In this document: positions 1-12,763 of the stretch, in pieces
Layout: each line of letters opens with the position of its first letter
Position numbering within the stretch: position 1 is the first letter of the stretch
From: Lingula anatina
Lineage: Eukaryota > Animalia > Brachiopoda
Length of the DNA: 64,000 bases
Assembly (NCBI GenBank): GCA_051362555.1
Contig: CM120649.1
Span: forward strand, 9,486,001-9,550,000
Direction of reading: 5' to 3'
Notes under the pieces: model-generated
What the model was told of the DNA's origin: nothing
The model's input: only the letters and a program-made list of their open reading frames with translations
The model's database searches: none
Made by a program: the position numbers and the translations under genes

Positions 1-1631
1 GCAGTGCCCAAAATAGGGGTTTCTTCAAATTTTGATGCAACATTACATAATGTTTAACAGCATAATGACAATCAAATGTTATTAATAAAATATTAGTAAC
101 ATGGACATTCAGAAAATGTGACAAGCAAAAGTCTTCAAGATCATGGAACTTTAAAGTCACACCTTGAAAATGCCAATATGTGAAAAATTAAATTTTCACA
201 AAAAACTGTTTAACTGCCAAAATAAATAAATAAATAAATAAAAATACCAAACAGACTGCATTGCCTACTGAAGCTGTATTTTAGTCCCATGTTTCTTTCC
301 TGTAAGTTTGAGAACAGTAAGTGACATGATTTTCCTTAAATGGTCATCATGGAAGCAGTGCCCAAAATAGGGGTTTCTTCAAATTTTGATGCAATATTAC
401 ATAATGTTTAACAGCTTAATGACCATCAATTTTTAATTATAAAATATTTGTTTCACAGATATTCAGAAAATGTGACTAGCAAAGGTCTTCAGGCCCATGG
501 AACTTCAAAGTCACGCCTTGAAAATGCCAAAATGTAAACAAGACAGCACTGTTCTGAAATGGGTTTATTTCCATTTTTAACACTTTTTTAACATAAAACA
601 AAATAAACATTTTACTGCCATTTTATATGACCAACTAAGAAAATTGATGAGATGGGAAAAGTATCAATAGAACAGTGTTAAATGTCCAATTTCCTCCATT
701 CTGAGATTCTGAACATAGTGGATGATTGAATCTGACAAACTGCAATGATATGAGTTTATTTCCATTTTTGACACTTTATTACACAATACATGATAACAAG
801 TTTACCATGTTTTTTACATAATCAACTAACAATGTTGTAAAGATGCAGGAAATATCAAACAAACACTTTTAGGCATCTTATTAGTTAAATAATGAGACTG
901 TTAACATGCCTAATAATTGAATCTGAGGAAATGTGAAAAACAGTATAACTTCTAAAATAATGGCCTGATTATGCTGATTTTCGCACTCAACCTGCGTTTT
1001 AGTAAGATTGACCACTCCTGTGAGTATGATTACAATTGGCCAATCCGTTTTTCTTATATTGTGTTATCAGTGTTGTATTTATATTGAAAATAGTGAAAAA
1101 ACAGCATAAATTCCCTAAAAATGGCCCAATCATGCTGATTTTCGAACTTGACCTGCGTATTATGAATATTCATCAGTTCTGTAAGTTTCAAGTCAAAAGG
1201 TAAAATGGTTTTCCACTTATCGTGTTATCGGTGCTGCATATATGCTGAAAAAAGTGAAAAAACAGCATAAATTCCCTAAAAGTGATCCGATCATGCTGAT
1301 TTTCGAACTTGACCTGCGTATTATGAATATTCATCAGTTCTGTAAGTTTCAAGGCAAAAGGTAAAATGGTTTTCCACTTATCGTGTTATCGGTGCTGCAT
1401 ATATGCTGAAAAAAGTGAAAAAAACAGCATAAATTCCCTAAAAGTGACCCGATCATGCTGATTTTCGAACTTGACCTGCGTATTATGAATATTCATCAGT
1501 TCTGCAAGTTTCAAGTCAAAAGGTAAAATGGTTTTCCACTTATCGTGTTATCGGTAAAAGTGCACGGCGACGACGGCGACGACAGACGCAGATGATGGCA
1601 ATATGTACAGACACATCTGTGTCTGTACATA
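1..1631 (-). mobile_element. Non-autonomous Helentron/HINE-like element, family 1 (partial; runs off window start)
   Basis: Ends in the hairpin atgtacagacaca-tc-tgtgtctgtacat (1603-1630), preceded by a (GAC/GGC)n tract. Contains ~161-bp tandem repeats (catgctgattttcgaacttgacc at 1131, 1292, 1454) and ~354-bp repeats (gcagtgcccaaaatagggg at 1 and 355). The macro-repeat resumes at an A-run. Confidence 0.75.
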
Positions 1632-2567
1632 ATAAAAGATATATATGTAGACACAGACAGTAGTTATAACACAGAAATAACACCAGTGATCAAAATATAT
1701 TATTATATTATAATAAACACATACAGCAACAATAAAGACTTATATAGACAGTGATGAGAATACATACAGACACATTTTATGTCACAACAGACAATGCATA
1801 GGTATCAGAATGTATACATAAAATTTTGTCCATATGAAGATTTATGCTAAGCAAACCCTCGCCTCTCCAACTCTGAACAGTTCACATTAACCCTTGTCTC
1901 CTTGAAAATATATAACTGAGTGGGATCTAAGTGAACCTTTTCCAAAATAATAATTTCTCAGGTATAACATATAGGGGCAATGGTCTCACAATGGGATTGA
2001 AGAGAATCGCCAGTGTAGCAATATCGTTATTGCACCGACCTGTGGTGATGATGAGAGGTTGAGATGAGTCCAGCTGATCAGAATACATACAGACTCATTC
2101 AATGTCACAACAGACATTGCACAGGTATCAGAATGTATACACAAAATTTTGTCTATATCAAGATTTTTTGCTAAGTGCACAACTGCCTCCCACCCCCACC
2201 CAAATCTCAATAGTTCACATTAACCCTTTATTGTCACCTTGAGCATATCTAAAACTGAGTACGAATAATATAATGGCACAATATTACAGATATAGAGATT
2301 TTTTCCCTGGTCATGTATGTACGTGTTATGTAACACTGTAATATTTTCAAAATACTGGATAAGCTGAACACTTCTTTGTTTTGAGATAAATTGTATTCTA
2401 AAGATAATACAACTTACAAAATTGGCATAGAATTATTTAGTTTAGTTATTTAAAATCAATTTTGAAGTTGTTTGAGTTTTTTTAATAATAAATTCTCATA
2501 TATCTCTCTTACCACACCCTCCCACAAACAAGCTCTCACTCACTCTTCCCCCCTCTCTCTCTCTCTA

Positions 2568-2619
<52 letters not shown>

Positions 2620-5600
2620 ACACATACACTAACTCTCTCTCTCTCTCTTTGTCTGTCTCACACACACACACACATTCATACAAACAGAAACACACTAAGA
2701 CATCATTGAGATTAAATGAAGACTTCAGCATCACTGTAAGGTGCTGCCGCCAAGTGGATAAAGCAAGCACTACATTGTAAAATGCAGCAATGGGAAGAGC
2801 ATGCCCAAGCAGTAAAGTATCATATCTTGAAATAGAAAATATGTAACAAACCAAAGGAAAATGAACAAATTGATTTCTATAATTCATTTAAATAAATTGT
2901 ACACAAAATAGAATTCAAATGACTGCTCATGAGTGAAAAGTGCACTGTTTAAAATAAACAAGTTGGTAAAATTGACAAAGTCTGCCGGTGTTTATCTGCT
3001 GGTTGATTTTATTTATTTTGCCCTCGGCTGTTGTTTTGAAAATTTATATTAGAAACATTCTATTGAGTTTATGTTTTAAAAAGTAAATCCATTGGAATTT
3101 CCCTAGAATAATAGGGGTCTTAATTCCTGGGTCAAAATCTGGTTGGGCCATTTTGGCCCACTTGGTCAAAAAAAGTGAGCCATTTTAAAAAAAATGTGTA
3201 ACACAGAGATCAAAATATATAATTATATCAGGCCCGTAGCCAGGGGGGGGGGGGGTTCGGGGGTTAGAAAGAACCGCCCCTTTTGCTGGAAAAAGGTCCT
3301 TTCTGGATAAAATTTGATCTAGGTACATGAAGTTTTCATTGGAAAAGGTCCACATTTTTCCGAATAAGAACCCCCCTTTTGAAATTGCTGGCTACGGGCC
3401 TGTATATTATAATAAACACATACAGTGACAATAAAGACACATTCAATGTCTCAACAGACAATGCAAATTAAGGCATCAAGATGTATACATGAAATTTTGT
3501 TTATATCAAGGTGTTTGCTAAGTGAACCCTTGTCCCCCAACTCCAAACAGTTCACATTGACCCTTGTCACCTTGAACACATTAAAACTGATTTGGATTTC
3601 AATGACCCATTTCCAAATGATAATATCCCAGTTACAATTTAACATATATATAGTGGCGGTGGTCACAATGGGATTGAAGAAAATCACCAGTGCAGCAATA
3701 TCGTTGTTGCACTGACATGTGCTGAGGCTGCGAGGTTGAGATCATTTCGGCTATCCTCAGTGTGATGATAATCCAGGAAACACACCTTCAACTCTACTGA
3801 AAATAGATGATATATCATCACTTAAACTTTTTATAGACACATACAGTATAGTTACATCACAGAAATAACACAGTTATCAGGTTATATTATTATATTATAA
3901 TTAACACATACAGAAACAACAAAGACATTGACAGTGATCAGAATACATACAAACACATTCAATGTCACAACAGACAATGTACAGTGATCAGAATGTATAC
4001 ATGAAATTTTGTCTATATAAAGATTTATCCCCCCCCCCCCCCAACTCCGAAGAGTTAACATTAACCATTGTCACCTTAAAATATATATAACTTGAGTGGG
4101 ATCTAATTAAGTGACCCTTTTTCAAAATAATAATTTCTAAAGGTATAACATATAGCGGCAATGGTCACAATGGGATTAAAGAGAATTGCCAGTGTAGCAA
4201 TATCATTGTTGTACTGACCTGTGATGAGGCTGCAAGGTTGAGATGAGTTCAGCAGTGCTCAGAGAGATGATAATCCAGGAAACACCTTCATCTCTACTGA
4301 AAACAGATAATAAATCATCAATAAAAGATATATATGTAGACACAGACAGTAGTTATAACACAGAAATAACACCAGTGATCAAAATATATTATTATATTAT
4401 AATAAACACATACAGCAACAATAAAGACATATATAGACAGTGATGAGAATACATACAGACACATTTTATGTCACAACAGACAATGCATAGGTATCAGAAT
4501 GTATACATAAAATTTTGTCCATATGAAGATTTATGCTAAGCAAACCCTCGCCTCTCCAACTCTGAACAGTTCACATTAACCCTTGTCTCCTTGAAAATAT
4601 ATAACTGAGTGGGATCTAAGTGAACCTTTTCCAAAATAATAATTTCTCAGGTATAACATATAGGGGCAATGGTCTCACAATGGGATTGAAGAGAATCGCC
4701 AGTGTAGCAATATCGTTATTGCACTGACCTGTGGTGATGATGAGAGGTTGAGATGAGTCCAGCTGATCAGAATACATACAGACTCATTCAATGTCACAAC
4801 AGACATTGCACAGGTATCAGAATGTATACACAAAATTTTGTCTATATCAAGATTTTTTGCTAAGTGCACAACTGCCTCCCACCCCCACCCAAATCTCAAT
4901 AGTTAACATTAACCCTTTATTGTCACCTTGAGCATATCTAAAACTGAGTACGAATAATATAATGGCACAATATTACAGATATAGAGATTTTATTCCCTGG
5001 TCATGTATGTACGTCGTTATGTAACACTGTAATATTTTCAAAATACTGGATAAGCTGAACACTTCTTTGTTTTGAGATAAATTGTATTCTAAAGATAATA
5101 CAACTTACAAAATTGGCATAGAATTATTTAGTTTAGTTATTTAAAATCAATTTTGAAGTTGTTTGAGTTTTTTTAATAATAAATTCTCATATATCTCTCT
5201 TACCACACCCTCCCACAAACAAGCTCTCACTCACTCTCCCCCCCTCTCTCTCTCTATCTTTCTCTCTCTCTCTCACACACACACACACACTAACTCTCTC
5301 TCTCTCTTTGTCTGTCTCACACACACACACACATTCATACAAACAGAAACACACTAAGACATCATTGAGATTAAATGAAGACTTCAGCATCACTGTAAGA
5401 TGCTGCCGCCAAGTGGATAAAGCAAGCACTACATTGTAAAATGCAGCAATGGGAAGAGCATGCCCAAGCAGTAAAGTATCATATCTTGAAATAGAAAATA
5501 TGTAACAAACCAAAGGAAAATGAACAAATTGATTTCTATAATTCATTTAAATAAATTGTACACACAATAGCACAGAATTCAAATGACTGCTCATGAGCCA

Positions 5601-5834
5601 AAAGTGCACTGTTTAAAATAAACAAGTTGGTAAAATTGACAAAGTCTGCCGGTGTTTATCTGCTGGTTGATTTTATTTATTTTGCCCTCTGCTGTTGTTT
5701 TGAAAATTTATATTAGAAACATTCTATTGATTTTATGTTTTAAAAAGTAAATCCATTGGAATTTCCTTAGAATAATAGGGGTCTTAATTCCTGGGTCAAA
5801 ATCTGGTTGGGCCATTTTGGCCCACTTGGTCAAA
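1632..5834. repeat. ~2.69-kb tandem macro-repeat (host satellite), first ~1.6 units
   Basis: Near-identical ORF track hits at 1986 and 4675 (period 2689). Internal subunits marked by aatgggatt at ~3668, 4169 and 4680 (~500 bp apart). (CT)n(CA)n tracts at ~2550-2675 and ~5240-5330. Confidence 0.95.
3229..3402. mobile_element. 174-bp MITE fixed in the macro-repeat (also 12315-12474, 25324-25491, 33411-33578, 35796-35969)
   Basis: 15-bp TIR caggcccgtagccag...ctggctacgggcctg, flanked by tatat on both sides. Sister ~500-bp subunits lack it (tattatattataataaacac). Confidence 0.85.
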
Positions 5835-6393
5835 ACAAGGCAGCAAAGCTGTCAAATGTACAGACAAAAAACAGAAAATAAAGATGCAAAAAAGGTCATT
5901 TTGTCAATTTTGATGCATTAATAAATAATGCTTATAATAGCACTGTCAGTCAACACTGAATTTTAATCTTGCACAACAGGTAACATGGTCAATAACAGGA
6001 GCAGACCCAGAAATATTTTCTGACAGTATTCCAAAGTATCTATGTTGATCCATCCTCCATTTTGATGGTCTTCCAACAGAAAAAAATAGATACCAGTCAA
6101 TATAAACTTAATAACCTGACTGTCTTCTGGAAGACCCAGAAGATGGTCACAATCCACCCCTTCAATAAGATTACAGTTTCAGGACCATGAGAGTTCAAAT
6201 TCACATTATGAAAGTCTCAATATTTGAAAAATGATGACAGTGCATAAAATAATATTACATAATGTTTAAAGACATAAAAAACAATACAACTGCTTATGTA
6301 AAAATACAGAAAATGTGCAGAGCCCCAGGCAGATGAGAGTTAAAAGTCACAAATGCAAGTGTTTGAGAAAAAATTATAAAGGAAAACAACAAA

Positions 6394-6628
6394 ACTAGAA
6401 AAGCACTTTGAGAGTGCAGACCTCTGCCAAGGCAGCAATTGTTGATTATTATTGATAATTGATTGATTATTGATCCGGACCACCACCAAAAATTAATCAT
6501 TGTCCTCTTTGGCCCACTTCCGACAGTTCCTGAAAATTTCTGCAAAATCGGTCCATAACTTTTTTGTGTTATGTGGATGACAGACAAACAGGGGTGAAAA
6601 TATAACCTCCTTGGCAGAGCTTGAGGTA
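6394..6628 (-). mobile_element. Mini HINE-like element, family 3, nested in family 1
   Basis: Begins aactag-aaaa-gcact-ttgag-agtgc (stem-loop) then acctctgccaagg. Ends acctccttggcagagcttgaggt, which is inverted to the left subterminal motif. A gacagacaaaca tract lies near the end. Confidence 0.6.
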
Positions 6629-6675
6629 AATATAATTCCAATGGAGATGCTATTCAAACTTTTAATCTTCCAGTT

Positions 6676-6677
<2 letters not shown>

Positions 6678-6735
<58 letters not shown>
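6678..6735. repeat. (TA)n microsatellite
   Basis: Direct inspection; other (TA)n tracts at ~30612-30640, ~48815-48861 and ~61205-61242. Confidence 0.95.
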
Positions 6736-6738
<3 letters not shown>

Positions 6739-9700
6739 AAACTTATTTGCAATATTAAACAAAATTTACCTGCATAATTATCACTGCTTCCTTATTATTA
6801 ATCTAGCAGAGAGCTTTACCTTTGGGAGTTTACAGGGAAATATCAACAAGTGTGCTTTACGTAATCTCATTTAATGGCCTATTAAAGCAAATGACTTTAT
6901 AACTCTGAAATTAATCTAGTGATACCCAAGGGTAATTTACAGACTGACCCACTCAAAGGTCTTCAGGCCCATAAGTCACACCTTAAGAAAAGCACAAAAC
7001 CATAATGCACAAAATAGGAGACTACCAATCCTGATGCAATAATACATTATGTTTAACTGCACAGTCAACATCAACTTATGCACAACAGGTAACACAGACG
7101 AAAGTAAAAGCATAAGGCTCCAGGCCCATCAGAGTTCAAGTTTATACTTAGAAAGTGCCAGAATGAGAAAAATGAAAATTTCACAAAAAATGCATAAATA
7201 CAATAAACATGATAATCCAATAGAGCTGGTTTTCTCATGAGCTGAAGGCCAATCCTAAAAATCGTACTTATAAGTTTAAAATTATAATAAGTGGCACAGT
7301 TTTCTTTTCATAATGTTTGCAGTAGCAGTGCAAAAAGATTGTTGTCAATTTTGATGTAACATTACATAATAAATTAGAGAATAATTATCACCAATTTTTG
7401 TTTATTGACTATAAATAGGATGGACATGTAGAAAATATGATTACCATTTGGCTTCATGCCCATGGGAGCTCCGAGTCCCACAATGAATATGCCAAAAAGA
7501 TAATGAATATTACACTAAAATGTATAACTTCCAGAAAAAGAAGCCAATTAAACTGCTTTTCTAACTCAGGCTGCATTTTAGTCCTGTGTTTCTTTTTTGA
7601 AAGTTTGACAGTCATAAGTAACACGGTTTTCCCATAATGATCGTCAAGGCAGCAGCACCAAAAATTGTGTTTTCTTCTATTTTGATGCAACATTACATAA
7701 TGCTTAACAGCATAATGACCATCGATTTTTAATAATAAAATACAAGTGTCATGGATTTTCACAAAATGTGACTAGCATGGGTCTTCAAGTCTGTGGAGGT
7801 TCTAAGTCACACCTTGGAAATGCCAATATGTGAAAAATTAAATTTTCACAAAAAACTTTAATTGCTAGAAAAATTTACCAAACAGACTGCATTGCCTACT
7901 GAAGCTGTATTTGAGTCCCATGTTTCTTTCCTGTAAGTTTGAGAACAGTAAAAGACATGATTTTCCTTAAATGGTCATCATGGGAGCAGTGCCCAAAATA
8001 GGGGTTTCTTCAAATTTTGATGCAATATTACATAATGTTTTACAGCATAATGACCATCAATTTTTAATTATAAAATATTAGTATCATGGTTATTCAGAAA
8101 ATGTGACAAGCAAAAGTCTTCAGGCCCATGGAACTTCAAAGTCACATATTGAAAATGCCAAAATGTAAACAAAACAGTACTGTTCTGAAATGGGTTTATT
8201 TCCATTTTTAACACTTTTTTAACATAAAACAAAATAAACATTTTACTGCCATTTTTATATGACCAACTAAGAAAATTGATGAGATGGGAAAAGTATCAAT
8301 AGAACAGTGTTAAATGTCCAATTTCCTCCATTCTGAGATTCTGAACATAGTGGATGATTGAATCTGACAAACTGCAATGATATGAGTTTATTTCCATTTT
8401 TGACACTTTATTACACAATACACGATAACAAGTTTACCATCATTTTTACATAATCAACTAACAATGTTGTAAAGATGCAGGAAATGTCAAACAAACACTT
8501 TTACGTATCTTATTACTTAAATAATAAGGCTATTAACATGCCTAAGAATTAAATCTGAGGAAATCTGAGGAAATGTGAAAAAAACAGCATAACTTCTAAA
8601 ATAATGCCCCGATTATGCTGATTTTCAAACTCAACCTGCGTTTTAGTAAGACTGACCATTCCTGTGAGTTTAATGACAATTGGGCAATCTGTTTTTCTTA
8701 TATTGTGTTATCAATGTTGCATATATGTTGAAAAAAGTGAAAAAACAGCATAACTTCCCTTAAAATGGCCCGATCATGCTGATTTTTGAACTTGACCTAA
8801 GCATTATGAATATTCATCAGTTTTGTAAGTTTCAAGCCAAAAGGTAAAATGGTTTTCCACTTATCGTGTTATCGGTGCTGCACATATGCTGAAAAAAACG
8901 AAAAAATAGCCTAAATTCACTAAAAATGACCTAATCACGCTGATTTTCGAATTTGACCTCCGTATTATGTATATTCATCAGTTCTGTAAGTTTCAAGCCA
9001 AAAGGTAAAATGGTTTTCCACTTATCGTGTTATCGGTGCTCCATATATGCTGAAACAAGGCAGCAAAGCTGTCAAATGTACAGACAAAAAACAGGAAATA
9101 ACTATGCACAAAATAGGCTACTGTCAATTCTGATGCAAAAATACATTATGTTAAACTGCAAATTCAACATCAAATTTTAATTATCCTCAACAGGTAATAC
9201 CAATGTAATTAAAATATGTGACAAGTTTACACTTTGAAAATGTATAACTTCCAGAAAAAGAAATCACTTAGACTGCTTTTCCAACTCAGACTGCATTTTA
9301 GTCCTGTATTTCTTTTTTGAAAGTTTGGCAATCATAAGTAACATGGTTTTCCCATAATGGTCATCATGGCAGCAGCACCCAAAATTGTGTTTTCTTCTAT
9401 TCTGATGCAATATTACATAATGGTTAACAGCATAATGACCGTCAATTTTTAATAATAAAATATACGTATCATGGATTTTCAGAAAATGTGACTAGCATGG
9501 GTCTTCAAGCCCGTGGAACTTCAAAGTCACACCTTGAAAATGCCAATATGTGAAAAATTAAAATTTTCACAAAATAACTGTTTAACTGGCAGTAAGAATT
9601 ACCAAACAGACTGTATTTCCTACTGAAGCTGTATTTTAGTCCCATGTTTCTTTCCTGTAAGTTTGAGAACAGTATATGACATGGTTTTTCTTAAATGGTC

Positions 9701-12700
9701 ATCATGGGAGCAGTGTCCAAAATAGGGGTTTCTTCAAATTTTGATGCAATATTACATAATGTTTAACAGCATAATGACCATCAACTTTAATAATAAAATA
9801 TTAGTATTATGGATATTCAGAAAATGTGACTAGCAAAGGTCTTCACGCTCATGGAACTTCAAAGTCACAACTTGAAAATGCCAAAATGTAAACGAGACAG
9901 CACTGTTCTGAAATGTTTTTTTTCCATTTTTAACAATTTTTAACATAAAACAAAATTAACAGTTTTCTGCCGTTTTTATATGATCAACTAAGAAAATTGA
10001 TGAGATGGGAAAAATATCAACAGAGCAGTGTTAAATGTCCAATCTCTTCCATTCTGAGATTCTGAACATAGTGAATGATTGAATCTGACAAACTGCAATG
10101 ATATGAGTTTATTTCCATTTTTGAAACTTTATTACACAATACACGATAACAAGTTTACCATCATTTTTACATAATCAACTAATAATGTTGTAAAATTGCA
10201 GGAAATGCCAAACAAACACTTTTACGTATCTTATTAGTTAAATAATGAAACTGCTTACATGCCTAAGAATTAAATCTGAGGAAATGTGAAAAAACTGCAT
10301 TTCTTTAAAATAATGGCCCGATTATGCTGATTTTTGAACTCAACCTGCATTTTAGCAGGAATGACCACTCCTGTGAGTTTAATGACAATTGGCCCATCTG
10401 TTTTTCTTATATTGTGTTTACAGTGTTGCATATATGCTGAAAAGCGAAAAAAAAAGCATAACTACTAAAATAGTGGCCTGATCATGCCGATTTTCTAACT
10501 TGACCTGCGTTATAGTAAGATCGATTACTCCTGTGAGTTTCATGACAAAAAGCTTATCGGTTTTCCTTGAAATGTGTTTACAGTGTTGCATATATGCTGA
10601 AAAGTGAAAAAACAGCATAACTTCTACATTAATGGCCCCATCATGCTGATTTTCGAACTTGACCTGCATTTTATGAATATTCATCAGCTCTGTAAATAAA
10701 CAGCCAAAAAGTAAAACTGCCTTTCACTTATCGTGTTTACAATGAAAGTGCATGGCGCCAGTGACAGGGACAGTGACGGCAACGACGGCGACGACAGACG
10801 CAGGTGATGGCAATATGTACAGACACATCTGTACATATTAACTGTACTGTTTGAGAACAGTAAGTGACATGGTTTTTCTTAAATGGTCATCATGGGAGCA
10901 AAGCCCAAAATAGGTTTTTTTCAAATTTTGATGCAATATTACATAATGTTTAACAGCATAATGATCATCAATTTTTAATAATAAAATATTAGTATCATGG
11001 ACAAATAGTAAACGTGACTAACAAAGGTTTTTAGGCTGATGGAACTTCAAAGTCACGCCTTAAAAATGCCAAAATGTAAACAAGACTGCACTGTTCTGAA
11101 ATGGGTTTATTTCCATTTTTAACACTTTTTAAACATAAAACAAAATTAATAGGTTACTGCCATTTTTATAAGATCAACTAAGAAAATTGATGAGATGTGA
11201 AAAATATCAATAGAACAGTGTTAAATGTCCAATTTCTTCCATTCTGAGATTCTGAACATAGTGAATGATTGAATCTGACAAACTGCAATGATATGAGTTT
11301 ATTTCCATTTTTGACACTTTATTACACAATACAAGATAACAAGTTTACCATCATTTTTACATAATCAACTAACAATGTTGTAAAGATGCAGGAAATGTCA
11401 AACAAACACTTTTACGTATCTTATTACTTAAATAATAAGGCTATTAACATGCCTAAGAATTAAATCTGAGGAAATCTGAGGAAATGTGAAAAAACAGCAC
11501 AACTTCTAAAATAATGCCCCGATTATGCTGATTTTCGAACTCAACCTGCGTTTTAGTAAGACTGACCATTCCTGTGAGTTTAATGATAATTGGGCTTTCT
11601 GTTTTTCTTATATTGTGTTTACAGTGTTGCATATATGCTGAACAATGAAAAAAACGCATAACTACTAAAATAGTGGCCCGATCATGCTGATTTTCGAACT
11701 TGACCTGCGTTTTAGTAAGATTGATTACTCCTGTGAGTTTCATGACAACAGGCCTAATGGTTTTCCTTAAAATGTGTTTACAAGGTTGCATATATGCTGA
11801 AAAGTGAAAAAACAGCATAACTTCTACAATAATGGCCCCATCATGCTGATTTTCGAACTTGACCTGCGTTTTATGAATATTCATCAGCTCTGTAAATATA
11901 AAGCCAAAAAGTAAAACTACCTTCCACTTATCGTGTTTACAAGGAAAGTGCACGGCGACGACAGACGCAGGTGATGGCAATATGTACAGACACATCTGTG
12001 TCTGTACATAAAAAGTGAAAAAACAGCATAAATTCCATATAAGTGACCCGATCATGCTGATTTTCGAACTCGACCTGCGTATTATGAATATTCATCAGTT
12101 CTGTAAGTTTCAAACAAAAAGAAAAAACAGTTTTCCACTTATCGTGTTATCGGTAAAAGTGCACGGCGACGACGGCAACGACGGCGACGACGGCAACGGC
12201 GACGACAGACGCAGATGACGGCCATATGTACAGACACATCTGTGTCTGTACATAAAAAGTGAGCCATTTTTTAAAAAAAATGTGTAACACAGTGATCAGA
12301 ATATATAATTATATCAGGCCCGTAGCCAGGGGGGGTTAGAAAGAACCGCCCCTTTTGCTGGAAAAAGGTCCTTTCTGGATAAAATTTGATCTAGGTACAT
12401 GAAGTTTTCATGGGAAAAGGTCCAAATTTTTCGGAATAAGAACCCCCCTTTTGAAATTGCTGGCTACGGGCCTGTATATTATAATAAACACATACAGTGA
12501 CAATAAAGACATACATGTGGACAGTGATCAGAATACATACAGACACATTCAATGTCTCAACAGACAATGCAAATCAAGATGTATACATGAAAGGCATCAA
12601 GATGTATACATGAAATTTTGTTTATATCAAGGTGTTTGCTAAGTGAACCCTCGCCCCCCAACTCCAAACAGTTCACATTAACCCTTGTCACCTTGAACAC

Positions 12701-12763
12701 ATTAAAACTGATTTGGATTTCAATGACCCATTTCCAAATGATAATATCCCAGTTACAATTTAA

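Larger units (their letters stand above)
5835..12254 (-). mobile_element. Composite/tandem HINE-like family 1 insertion (~6.4 kb)
   Basis: Left end aacaaggcagcaaagctgtcaaatgtacagac (stem-loop plus subTIR); right end is the tgtacagac hairpin. Inserted in the A-run of ggtcaaaa|aagtgagcc with no TSD. Extra terminal motifs at ~9055 (tail) and ~10815, ~11982, ~12226 (heads). Confidence 0.8.

Noticed and set aside
1986-5546. Recurrent short ORFs (MRFGWGWEAV..., MNYRNQFVHF..., MSFFNNKFSY...) seen several times
   Set aside because: They recur only because the macro-repeat recurs; they cross microsatellites, vary by frameshift between units and show no domain motifs.
11453-12055. 200-aa repetitive ORF (KFENQHD repeats)
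   Set aside because: Chance read-through of the ~161-bp HINE tandem repeats; broken in sister copies.
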